Assembly: GCF_000143415.4 (NCBI RefSeq)
Contig: NW_003314274.1
Coordinates: forward strand, 124,001-188,000
Origin: Selaginella moellendorffii
Lineage: Eukaryota; Plantae; Lycopodiophyta
Reading direction: 5' to 3'
Length of the DNA: 64,000 bases
Both the position numbers and the translations under genes were made by a program. Under the pieces are notes generated by a model. It was given only the letters and a program-made list of their open reading frames with translations. It ran no database searches and was not told the origin of the DNA. Numbering within the stretch: position 1 is the first letter of the stretch; every line of letters begins with the position of its first letter. This document shows positions 18,179 to 32,208 of this stretch, piece by piece.

Positions 18179-18703
18179 GAGTTCGTAGCATGTTGAAGCT
18201 AAAGCCGAGGAAAATCACTGCCCTGAAAACCCTAGCTGATCTCAGCCCAAATCTTACTCCATAGAAGCTGCACGGCCGCTCGAAATCAAGGGGTGAGCAG
18301 CTACATTCGATCCGCACAGTCGCTCAGCCCAGCGCCTTCCTCCCGACGAGCAATGCAGCTGAAACCCAGGGCTTCCCAGAAATGGAGGGAAAAAAGTGCG
18401 AAGAGCCCTAAATTTCAAAAGCCAGTAGTGGCGTACAGAAGTGCAGACAAAGATATACCGGTAAATTCTTAGTAAATTCTCCACCGTCCAAAGACCATGA
18501 GCACTACAGATTATATAAAGGAATAGATTCGACGATCACGTTTAGGAGCGAGAGAGGGAGTTTATCTTGCTCGCAGGATTTCTTTCTTTATTTTTGGGTA
18601 AAGTGAGGGACTCCGCGCAAGAATAAATAAGTGGTGTTAAAGCCAAATGTTCTCGCGAAATTGAAAGAGCTAACGCTGCTCAGGAGGCTCGAAAATCATA
18701 GCA

Positions 18704-19977
18704 ATGGATCAAATATTACACGCGAAATTCATCATTGGAATCATAGGTGAAGTTCTTGATCCAGAAATCCAGCCAGAGCTCTCTCTCTCTCTCTCTCCTC
18801 TGTCTCTCTCTCTGTTGCTCAAATTCTTTTGTGCAATCAACTCATGTTTGATCGTCACTGGTGCGTGTCATTCTTCCAAAGTGATTGAATCTTTCCTCGA
18901 TCATTCTTCTCCGCGATTTCATCAGCAATCTCTTTGCTTGTAGTCGCAAAAAAGACGAGAAATCTCTCGCGGATTTCTTAACTAACGGAAGCTAACGCCT
19001 TCAAGTTGCCTTGTGGTGCCAGGAAATATTGCTACCATATCAACCAGCCTCGCTCCAATGTAAAAAACTCTAAAGAACTCTCCCTTTTTTCAAATCTCTG
19101 ACCGATTCAAATATGTTTAGCCCAACTTTCTGGCGGATTTGCAAGCGAAGGTCCACGGACGATTTCTCGTTTCTTCCATACTTAATGTCATTTACATGCA
19201 ATCTTTTGTGGGGATGGTACGCTCTCCCCTTCATCACCTCCAACAATTTCGAGCTTCTAACCATTTGCATCGCACAAGTCTCACTCCAAACAATCTATAT
19301 CCTCCTCTACTTTACATTCACGGACCGCTACCAAAAGGCAAGCCCTCTGGAAAGAGTTTTTCAATCTCAAACTTTTGGCAACATTGTTTTCCAGATCAAG
19401 CTCTTTTTCTCGATCCTCTTCGTGGGCTTTATCTTCGCGGTTGATTCAGTGGCGTGCCTGAAAATACTTGGCAAGTCTAGAGGGCAATTCTTTGCAGGAA
19501 CAAGCGCCACGATCGCAGCGCTTCTTTGTTTTGCGTCACCACTTTCGATAATGGTATGTGCGTGTTAGTATTCCCTCCTCCACTCTCTAATATTCTTTGG
19601 ACTATATACATTCTTTAACGCTTCGGTTTCTTTTCCCAGGGACTGGTCATCAAAACCAAGAGTGTAGAGTATATGCCACTTCTGGTCTCCCTTGCGCTCT
19701 TATTCAATTGCGTCACTTGGACGGTTTATGCCCTTTTGGGGAAAGACGTGTTTCTCACGGTAATCCACACTTGTTTGATGTTTCTCTACTGAGTTTTGGT
19801 TGCCAGATTGCCGAAGCCATGGGAACTGCATTGGCTGTCGGACAGCTGATTTTGTATGCTTGCTACTGCCGTGTCAAAAAGCCACCGGTCCATGTGGAAG
19901 AGTCACTCTTTGAGTCGTCTAAGGACCACTCCAAAGTGGAGATTGCTGTCATAGTTGCACAGCCATCCGAGGATTAG
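18704..19977 (+). CDS. SWEET: SWEET (MtN3/saliva) transporter, 6 exons, divergent
   Basis: FIIGIIGN..LAPM PTFWRICKRRSTDDFSFLPY...FASPLSIMGLVIKTKSVEYMPL...GQLILYACY; one GC-AG intron at 19338-19394. Confidence 0.92.
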
Positions 19978-20277
19978 GAAGAGATTAGAACCATTCAATT
20001 GATCCGGCTCCTAAACCAAGCTCACAACGCTTGAACAACCTGGAAGACAAATAAAAAACTCTCAAGGTGTTTATGGAATAAAGGATTTAAGCATTTTTGT
20101 TGCTAAACTTGAACGGAGAAAAAGTTAGGGTAATCTAAACAATTTACATGACACAGTTATCCACGTGGACAAGAGCGGTTTGTGACGAGTTTTAAGGTTC
20201 TTGGCATCCACGAATCTTGGAAGTTTCAATAAACCACACTTTCACTTGTGCTGTTTGCTCATAGCTTGTTCGCAGCC

Positions 20278-21706
<1,429 letters not shown>

Positions 21707-22229
21707 TAGAAAACAAGTTTTTCCTATATAATGTATTTTACCTTTAACCTCTGGCATTTCTAATAGTTAGTCCATTTTCGCTGCTTGATCTGGGCGCACC
21801 AATCTTTGCCGCCGCGGTTCGCGGCTCCTGGTAGGATTGAAGAGCTCCGATGTCACAAATGCAGAATGCCCCTGAAATCCACCTCCGCCTCAAGGTGTGG
21901 AGCTTCATTGTGGCGTGGGAGGCAAGTAGCGTTTGACAATTAGATTCGTGCATTAGATCGCAAGCGATCACTCTTAAAGTTATTTCCTCCCAAGTAATAT
22001 CTTTTTTTCTTTTCTTCCACGTCTCTCTTTCCTTTTTTTTTGTGTGTAAAGAGGAGGGAATCGTCGTCCACACAAGGCGATGAACTTGCTTCTACGAAAG
22101 ATTGGTTACTGCGAGTAAGAAAAGAAAAACTCATACCTGGTACTGGAATGTATTCCAAGTCAACAAGCAGTGGTACGTGACGATGTAAGAATGTATATGC
22201 ACGCGGCTACTAACAGTACGTTCTCTCCG

Positions 22230-23140
22230 TAGGGATTTTTCAAGCAATCGTTCAACGCTCTGGATTTTTAACAGAGAATTTGAGGCCTGGTTCTTCCATC
22301 GTCAAGATACTAAATCTCTTGATTTTAAAGTTGGGCTTTTGAAACCAGCGCATATCTCAACAATCCCTTGGAGAAAAGGAAACGAGACAAGTACAATGTT
22401 GACAAGACCATACAGAAAAAGAGCTCCGATCGGTGCTTTCAGCTGGTTTTACTTGGATGAATCGGACCAACGAGCTCGTACATAAGTGGTGACAACTTGC
22501 TTCGCATTTCACGGAAGATTGTTGGTTTGACAAACAGCTAGAAGAAGAAGGTACTGAGGCTACCTTTGCTCGTTTCTATTTCTTTCCCTTTCCGTTCCTT
22601 AGAGCCAGGAAACTTGACTGATCAAACCATTTAAAACCAGGTGGGAGGAGGAGGCTTGTTGGTGATTCTAGCTCACCTTTCAACCATAGCACCTGTGATG
22701 GACGAAACGAGCAGTGCATTGGGTATGTAGTGGTTCCAAGTTTTTCTTATTTGCTTGTTTCTGTTGATGGAAGTTTATCAAGCCTCTCATGCGATGACTT
22801 GGTCGAAACCCGGATTACTTAGCGAGCACTCAGAAACGGCTCCAGAAAGCAATAGAGCTAGGTCGAGTGAATTACAAGCAAACTTTCGTTGATTTCTCCC
22901 AACTTAAAGTAGCTCTCACAGATGCAAACGGAAGGAACATGTGGTTTTAGCTCCTCAACGGGCACGAAAGACGGTCCTGGAGCTTTTGATTTTAAACAAG
23001 GGTATACCCAGGTAATACGTTAAAAAAAGTTCTCAGTCTTTGACACTTGAGACAAGGGAAATGCGTTTTGGTGAATTAGAGCAGCCCTGAAAATGCCAAA
23101 CATCAATCACATGAAATGTTGGTAAGCATGGGAGCCAAGT
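22230..23140 (+). pseudogene. Possible decayed multi-exon gene of unknown family
   Basis: Alternating coding-like blocks and GT..AG-bounded T-rich blocks, but no continuous frame and no recognisable motif. Confidence 0.2.
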
Positions 23141-23973
23141 GTGAGTAGTATTAACATTTTTTCTAGTACAAATTAAATCTTTAAATGGTGAAAACATCCT
23201 TTATCAGTATTTATACTAAGCTGAATTTGTATGTATTATTAGTGTTATAATAAAAATTCATTCCCTGATTCTTGATAGTTTAGATCATCAGTCTCAAAAA
23301 TGAAACTTTAGAATTACAATAGTGTTAGAACCACTTGTGTTATAATTATATAGAATAACTCGAATACTGTCATTCTTAAAAATGTAAGATTCTACACTTT
23401 ACTCATAATTTAAACTTTCAAAGAAACTAAGACATTATATGTAAAATAACTCTTATTGTGATCTTAGAACAAAGTATATTACCTACAATCAATACCATTT
23501 AACAATATTTTCATTAATTTTGGTGAATCCACAATCTCAAATAAGATTCTATTTTAGAATATTCTTAAGAATAACATTAAATTTAATAATAAGTTACATT
23601 TTTTTGTTTTTAATTATTATCTGCATAACCATCTCAAAAAACAATTTTCTTATATTTTTTAGTAATGAAAACTATAACTATGAGTAGTGTTTTTATAAAT
23701 GTTTCTAAGTCTTTATAAAATCTTTACTTTTTTATATGGTATTTTTGTGTAAATATGCTTTATATTTTGAAAAATAGATGGATTTGCAGATATATATATA
23801 TATGATGTGCCATTTATCACATTTTTTTCATATATACTCTTTTGAAAGCTATATTTTTACATAAAAAATCTTTTGCATCTTTATCCACAATTAACATTCA
23901 TATTATGTAATTTTGAAGTTCTTCAAGGATTTATCTTCTTTAGAAAGTTCAGATGGTGATGAATATAAAGAAT

Positions 23974-24150
23974 TGTGAGTGCTTGGAATATAGAAAAGGG
24001 AATACAGAAATGTGCATATTAATTAGCCCAAAAACCCTAGCTTATATACAGGAGCGAGTGGTCCAGATTGAAACTAATCTGACGGCTACTAAAATGCCAC
24101 TATGCTAATATTAGTATACGGCATCGTAGCCGTACACTTGGCCCCTCACA
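23974..24150 (-). repeat. 3' LTR of the gypsy element; PPT (AGAGGAGGGGATGA on minus) at 24151-24164
   Basis: TGTGAG...CTCACA; matches 35932-36106 with roughly 15 substitutions and 2 indels by manual comparison. Confidence 0.92.
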
Positions 24151-24182
24151 TCATCCCCTCCTCTTAGAATAATGGAAGACCA

Positions 24183-27100
24183 TCAGGGTTCTCTTGTAGA
24201 CGGGCCGGGATCTTGAGGAACATCAGGAGGAGGCATTGGTGGATCTGTACATGGTATTAACTGCTCCTGATCCATTTGTATGAAGTGTTTCAACCGCTGC
24301 ACATGCACAATCTCTGGAAGATCGGCTTGCTGGACATCATGCCGAACCTCATAAACTTGTGGTCCAACTTGCCGCAACACCCGATACGGTCCTTTCCATT
24401 GTGCAAGGAGCCCCTTAGATAAACCACGTACCGTAAGATGGGGAAAACGGACTAACACCAAATCATCCACTTTGTACTCCATAGGTGGACAATGATGGGA
24501 GTTGTAGCACTGTTGTTGTCCCACTTGTACGTGGCCTAAGTGTTCGGCAAACTTCGCTCGGACAAGTGGAAGAATGCTTGTCAAATATTGATCCCATGAC
24601 CTAGCATCTGCAGCTCGTGGCAATCGCGAAGGTAAACCCAGCTCCGTTGGTAATATTGGATCATGACCATATAGGAGTTTATATGGTGAAGCACCAATAG
24701 AGCTCTGCACCCCAGTGACATATGCATACCGAAGAGACGGCAAATAACCATCCCAATCCGAATGCTGAAAGTTCACATACTTCGCAATCATCCCCTTGAA
24801 CGTCCGAACGAGCTGTTCCACTAGACTGTCTGATTGTGGATGATAAGCACTTGTGAAAGTGTGGCAAATCCCCAACCGAGACGTCAAAACATGAAATGCC
24901 TCAACCATAAATGTGGGACCATTATCCGAAAGAATCCACTCTGGATAAGAATGCTGGAACACCACTCAATTGAGGAGGAAGTATCCAACAGCAGTTGTAG
25001 AGGCGCTAGCAAGAGCACCAACTTTCACCCAATGAGTCAAATAGTTAGAAGCAATGATAACATACTCATTGCCAGCAGTTGACCGTGGAAAAGGTCCTAT
25101 AAGATCAAACGCCACCAACTCAAACGGACGGGAAACCGCAATTAACTCCAACCGTCCTTCAGCAGCCCAAGGGAGAGTATTACGAGCTTGGCATCAGACG
25201 CAGCTATACACATATTGGATAATATCACGTCGCATCTCCGGCCAATAGAAAGACTTGCGTAGCTTCTCGATTACACGATGATGTCCCATATGCCCACCTA
25301 GAACAGGAGAATCATGGTAGGCATGGAGAAACCACGGAATAAAGATAGAAGGCACCACCAGCCGTAAATGATCATCAGGATCTGTCCGCACAAAATAAAA
25401 AAGGCCATATTCAAAATGATATTGAGAATGTAAATGCCGGAAAGACAAGTCATCAACAAATGATGTAGGATTCTCAAACCCATCTCGAAGCCTTTGAATC
25501 TATGGCTTAATATTTTGAGCTTCGCAAACCTCATCAAGCGAAGGTAGATCTTGCTTTGCACCTTGTGGACACTAAATGTCAAGTACAGCAACCGCCGATG
25601 GCATAGAATCCTCGTCTAGAAAATCCACAGATGCTAGAATGACAGGCTCATTAGGAACATGAGAAGAGAGTGAAGAAGGAAGAGGAGCTCGAGAAAAGGC
25701 ATTAGCATCAGCCATAGAACTCCCTGGGCGGTGAACAACATCAAAATCATATATCTGAAGCTTCAAAGCCCACCGAGCAGTACGACCAACCAGGTTCTTC
25801 TGCTTTAATAACGAAGTAACAGCAGCATGGTCACCTTCAAATAACGTTCGAGAACCATGTAGATATGCATGAAGTTTCTCGAAACCCCAGAGTGCTGCTA
25901 AATACTCCTTCTTTGTTGTGGAGTAGTTCATCTCCGCTGGTTGTAATGTACAGCTTATATATGCAATGGGATGGCGCTGACCAGACACACTCGAGCTCTC
26001 TTGCATTAACACACCTCCAAGACCAATGTCTGAAGCATCCACGCGCAAAATAAAAGGTTGAGTGTAGTCAGGATATGCCAAAACCGGAGGAGTTGTCAAT
26101 AACTCTTTGAGATCCTCGAACGCCCGCTCACAATCCGGAGACCAAATGAAAGATGATGTTGATGACTTCAGCAATGCTTGCAATGGTGTAGTACGATCAG
26201 AAAGATGATCCACAAAACGCCCGAGATACTGCACCTTGCCCAAGAAGCACTGCACATCATTCACACACTTCGGAGTAGGGAACTTTAGAACAGCCACAAG
26301 TTTGTCAGGATCAACTTGCAAACCTTCATGAGAAATACGGTACCCAAGATAAGTTGTGTCTTTGGATCCAAACACGCATTTCGACCGCTTCAGCTTTAAA
26401 CCAACGTCGCATAGCCGATCCAACACTTTACAAACATCACGAACGTGCTCCTCCCACGTCCCCTCCGAATGGATCAAGACATCATCAATGAAGTCAACAG
26501 TCACCTCTAGCATATCACAAAGAACCTCGTCCATCATCCGTTGAAAAGTTGTTGGAGCATTGTTCAAACCAAATGGAACTCATACAAACTAAATAATGTA
26601 CGAAAAGTAGTCTTAGGAATATTTTCTTCGGCTATCGGTACTTGCTAGTACCCAGAAGCAAGATCTAGCTTGGTGAACCAACGACTTCTCCCCAAACGAT
26701 CCAAGAGATCAGTAGTGTGAGGACGAGGGTACACATCCGAGATTGTTACGTCATTTAATGAACGATAGTCGATGTAGAAACAAATACTCCTATCAGGCTT
26801 TGTCACAAGATGAGGTTCACATGCCCAAGGACTCCATGACTTCCGAATAACACCCTTCTCCAACATCTCCTTGACATTTGCACATAAAATCTTGATCTCC
26901 TTTGGTGACTAAAGATGAACAAGAATCTCAATTGGACGAACATCCTCAGTTGGAATTGGATGATGTGTGGCAATCTTGGCTCTAGATGATAGGTCAAAGT
27001 CAAAGAGATCAAAATACTCCTTTATGAGCTGGTCAACTGCTGCAACACAAAAATTGTCAGAGGGATCGGAAAAGGGAAGAGTAGAACAAGATGGAAATAC

Positions 27101-28423
27101 AAGAGGAAATAGTGGGGAAATAAGAGTAATAGAAGCAGAGGTAGAAGTAGAGGGACAAAGAGGTACAGAAGTGAGAGGAATGGATGAAACATAAGAAAGT
27201 ATGAGACAGGGGGGAGAAGCCTCAAAGTCACATTTGGCATGATTGCGTTGCAACTAATCCATACCAAGAATGAAGTCAAAAGCTTGACTCGGCACCACCC
27301 ACAACGACTGCAACTCAAGCTTGAGATCGCCCACACGCACAACCAGGTCTACCTCATCCCGTGCACATGCATGTGTACAGTCGTTGCCATAAAAAATGAA
27401 AATTGGTTCTGCCGCACGTGTAGACGACAACATGTGGCAACAGGTCAAGCAATAGAAGATAAACTCGAACTTGTATCAACCAACACGGAGAGAATAATAG
27501 GAGACCTCTTATTATTAAGACGAGCTTGGAAAGTAAACATTGGATGAACTGGTGCCGAGTGAACCCCTTGATGATACTCCCAAAAGAAAGATGGAGGGGT
27601 CACTGACTTATTCGCGCAAGTCCCTCCATTACTCGCGCGACTCCTTGTTTCCCGGATGCATCTCGGTGTCCAAACCTTCCATTGCAACAGCACCAACAGG
27701 ACATTGCTGATGCCGAGGTCTCCACCCAGGAAATGAAGGTTGCTAATCCGGAAAATGCCGACAACGCCGATAAGTATGACCAACTTCATCACATGCCCAG
27801 AAGCGAACATCACGGCCACAACCATGTCCTCACCGGACTCGAGCAGCAGCAGTATCAACCTCCATTGGAACAGGACCATCACCCATAGGAAGTGGAGCTG
27901 AAAGATGTGCAGCGAGAAGTGGAAGAAGCGATATCTCATAACGTTGTGCCAAGCGAAGAGCATCGTCAAGGGTGGCGGGAGCAAGTGCATGCACAAGTCC
28001 GACAAGATCTTGACGAAGTGCTGGCCACAACATTCCTAGCTTGATCTGCTTTGACATATTTGGCTCCACCGAAGCAAAAGACTTTGGAAACGAACACCAA
28101 ATTGCATCACTGACTCAGATGGCCCTTGGCGAAGATGATGCAATTGTTAGAAAGCATCATCACAATCATCAGCATGTCCGAAGGCGCGTTTGAAGACATC
28201 CGAAAGAACACTCCAATCCCCACGAGTGACTGCTCCCAAACCATTATACCACTGCAACGCTGTCCCTTGGAGACACGTGGGAAACACACGCAAACGTTGA
28301 GCATCATCCCAAGAATGATATGTGGCAATCACCGTAAAGTGATCGAACCAATGGTACACATCATCCCAAGGATTCCCGCAAAAGAACTTCGGCCGAACGC
28401 GAGGATTGGCACCAAAAGCAGGA
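24183..28423 (-). pseudogene. Gypsy gag-pol, with stops and frameshifts
   Basis: Gag WFDHF..HSWDD..LQGTALQWY; PR VLVDTSS..FDFILGMD; RT KLDLASGY, NAPTTFQRMMD, FIDDVLI; RH VDASDIGLG; INT HxxxxxGH..C, FDLIGP, SDNGPTF, YHPQ, WKGPY, VHVQRLK. Confidence 0.93.
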
Positions 28424-28865
28424 AAGCTCTATTTCGTTAAAGTGGGAATTGTCATTATCCCACTTGTAAAATAACGTTTCCAAACCTTTATATAGTATAT
28501 AAATATAACAAAATTCAACTGCATTGAGGCACATGCCATTTTATTTTAAACAAGGAAATGTTTACTCAATCACTTCTCCTCCCCCTGCCACTGCTTCACC
28601 TCTCTCTTCTCCTTGTCATCGTCGTCCAATTTCTTTCCATCCTTTTAATATTGGCTCAGTTGCTCCGAGTCTAGGTGGAGCCCAAGTCCCCATTCAATCT
28701 TTACTTTCCCCTTATTAATAAAACAACTTTGTAGACTTCCAATAACATGCTGTAACACTTCTAGTATAATGCAAATCATCTCAAAGAATTGTCTTTTAAT
28801 ATTAATACAATGGCATGGAACCCCATGCCATAATAAGTTACATTTTTAAATAAATATATGCCATC

Positions 28866-31800
28866 TCAGATTGTTATTTTTTGCCTCCAACGCCTATACA
28901 ATAATCTTGGAATTTCATCACTCTCCACACTATCAGGATTTAAACCCAATAGTAATGCCATCTCTTCTCTAATACGTCCACGCTCAAGTTTAGTGGTCGA
29001 AGAACCCATCCGGTTGAGCAGATTATGGAGATGCGGATAGTGCTTGGCTAGACAATATACATGCCATAAATGATGACTGGTGTCTGTCTGATCAAATGGC
29101 TTCTGATATACCGTTCCATCTGCCATTTGGTTGATTTCTGCAGCCACCTCCTGGACTAGCCGGTTCTCTATCACCATCGCTCCAAGCCATTTTGCAAGGT
29201 CCCCCAGAACATACGGTTTCTTCTCCCTAGTTTCCATACTGCAAGAGATGGGGTGCACTGCATATGTGTGCGTGTTCGCTGTAGTTTTAATCAAGTCATC
29301 GATGATGAGGATTTCACTTGACCTAGCAGTCCGGTTCATCACTACAGCCTCTGGCTTGACGAAGATGGGCTTGCTACCCCTTACATGGACCATAGTCAAG
29401 CAATCCTCCTGCGTTAGGAGAAAGTTAAATGGTAATATTACTCGCATCTAATCGTGCATCATCTGTAGCAACGTTAATGCATTGTGGCGCATCATGGATG
29501 TCCAAACTCCCAATTGCAAATTGAACCCGGCCCTTTGTTTTAAGTGTCGCATGGTCATTATTAGATCCCGCAGTTTCTCCCGTGTGATTAATGTGAATCT
29601 GTCTCTTTTGACCAACTTGCGACCGCAGGCTTTGGAGAGTGCAGTGACATTCGAGGACGAGCCACGCTCATGGGAGAAAAGGACACTGTTCAGATCAAAA
29701 ACGATACAGTACCTTCGCCGTGACTCTGAAATGAAATGCGTTAGCATAAAAAATGGTACAAGTCAATTTTACCATCTACAATATTAGCAAATGGTGCTCC
29801 CAATGGTCGTTGAGAGGGTTTTGGTCGAGGAAACGTGAAGGGCGGAAATACTCTCCTCTGCAATGTGGGGTTAATCGCATCCGATGGCGTGTGGGCACAT
29901 GCCATTTCAGCTGTAGACTCTAGTACAACTGGCTCAACAGTGGCATGGGGTGGTTTCGATGGCGTGTGATCACACGCCATTTCAGCTGGTGCCTCCGTTG
30001 GCAAAGTGGACATGACCGAACAAGCAGCAGGGGCGGTGTAGGGAGGTTCCAATGGCACGTAGTCAGATGATTGGGCACACGTTGAGTCCGTTGGAAATGA
30101 GGATACGACCGGCTCGGTGGCTGGGGCGGCCTCATGCGGGTCCAATGGCGCCTGGTCACCGTCAGTTGGATACGTGGACAAGATTGACTCAGTGGTATGG
30201 GCAGCATCAAGTGGAGCGTGGTCAGCTTGCTTGGCGTTGATATGGATAGTAGCCTCCACTAGCTCTGATGACTCTTGCAGGCAAGTAGAGTCCACTGGCG
30301 GATCCATATGCATGTCCAAATATCTCCCTTCGATTGAGATGGTATCCTCCCGTGCTACTAAAAACAAACTCATTAGCACATTGAATCGACTATACTGTAT
30401 TTACCATCAACTGCTATTGAGGAACTAGGACCGATATCACTTGGGCGCACTGCTGATTCTGAAAGATTGGACATACGTTTCGACCCTTGCTTGGCACTAT
30501 CCTTCCTCGATACTAAAGGCTAGAGTTTGTATCTTAATTCAACTGAATAATCTCTACTTACCATTTGCTCTGCGACCTACATGGACAATGTTAAAAATGG
30601 TAAAAGGTTAGGAATGGATGTACTATTATTTACCTGATGGTTTGTCTTGTATGACCTTCCTCCGCTGCTCTTTGGCCACCTCAGGCTGGCCATCGTCGTC
30701 ATCGTCGTCGTCGTCGTTATTGTGATCGTCACCATTGTAAGGACCATCCAAGTCCTCTTCGTCCTCCTCTTCTTCGTCCTCCTCTTCTTTGTCCTCCTCT
30801 TTGTCCTTCTGCTCTTCCTGCTCATTATCTTTCTCTGGCTCCTCATCCCCCTCCTGCATTTCTTCCATAGGCTGCTTAGGCTGGATGGCTTGTTCTTCCA
30901 GGACCATCTTGGGAAAATCATCTGGCCGAGTCTCCATCTCAAAATACAAGACATCCATAGCCTGTTTTAGTGCGTGACCTAGGACCGTATCCTCACCCGA
31001 CTGTCTTAACATGGTTTCTGCACATTCTTGCACCCTTCGAAGACGACGAGATGAGAAAAATGTGGCCCTAACTTGAAAAGCGTCCCTCATCCATTGTACC
31101 TCTCCATTGAGATTGGGGAAGGGGAGTCCTCCATAGGAATCTGAGTCAGGAGGTGGTGACTGGCTGCTTTCACTCAGCCCTTGATCTGCAATGAATGGCA
31201 TGAGCACCCACGCCATAACCGCGAGGCATTACCTATCATCTTTTCGTTGCCCTTCTTCTGCTTCGGGGTAGTTTCCAGATCGACCCCCTTCCCCTTCACT
31301 TCGCAAACTGGAGTCACTCTCAACGGCTCAATGTTGGAATATAGTTTTTGAACATCGCCGTAGGTGAGGTCCGTGGATTCCATGTGATCTTCATAGACCC
31401 GCAGCATCTTTGAAATTGTGGGCATCCTGGACAACCTCTCTCTAGCTCCCTCTAGGAATTCCTCATAGCCGCTGCCCCCCTCCGAGAAGCCGCTAGAATG
31501 TGCAAGGTGGATCTTGAAGGCTGACGCTGTCTCTACCACAAGTGCCAGTCCATATTCTTGCATGGAACTGCATGGAGTGTCTGTCACTTGGATGAGGATC
31601 CCCATGCATTCTTTTCTCCCACCATCTGTGTTGTACAGCCTCAGATCCTTGCCTTCCATCCCGAAAGTCCAACTGGTGAGCTCCTCCCCCTTCTCTGCAT
31701 CCACATTGATAGTGGCTAGAAGAAGAACACAATTCCTCACCTGTTCAGAAATGCACAACAGTTAGAGCTGACAGATGAAAAACTAGCAGCTGGAAATAAC

Positions 31801-32208
31801 GTGAGGCCACACGCCATTCACCACTGCATCAGATGTCTTGAGGCTGCATCCTAAGATGGCGTGAGGCTACACGCCATCTGTAACCAGACTGCACTCGAGA
31901 GCCCAATTGGTGCATGCCAATGTTGCTACTGAATGGCATGTGGCCTCATGCCATTTTCTACTTGGCCTAAAAGACTTACAATTTGAAGCCGAATGGAGGC
32001 GTGACAATCGAGGCCGGACTCACTGGCGAATGTGCACTGTGTGTGTAGCGGATCGTAGCAGCAAGGCTACTCTGCCACTTACAGTTAGAGAGTGGTGCTG
32101 AAATCTCTCGGGACGCCAAATGGGCTGTGTGTGGGTGGCGGAGTGGGTGGCGGAGTTGGCGGCGAAGTTACAAACTGGGTGTGTTTTGAAGTGGACGCCG
32201 ATGCACAT
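28866..32208 (-). CDS. Transposon accessory gene: unknown N-terminal domain, acidic tract, Pro/Thr/Ala repeat linker, FCP1/NIF HAD-phosphatase-like domain; one premature TAG at 29448-29450
   Basis: Phase-compatible GT-AG introns (e.g. 29726-29772, 30358-30404, 31187-31233) join ORFs 31174-31758, 30626-31216, 29741-30379, 29448-29747 and 28866-29447; NIF motifs IVFDLNSVL, GVWTS, TQEDC, KPIFVK, ILIIDD..K..N...VHP; the exact start is uncertain. Confidence 0.75.
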
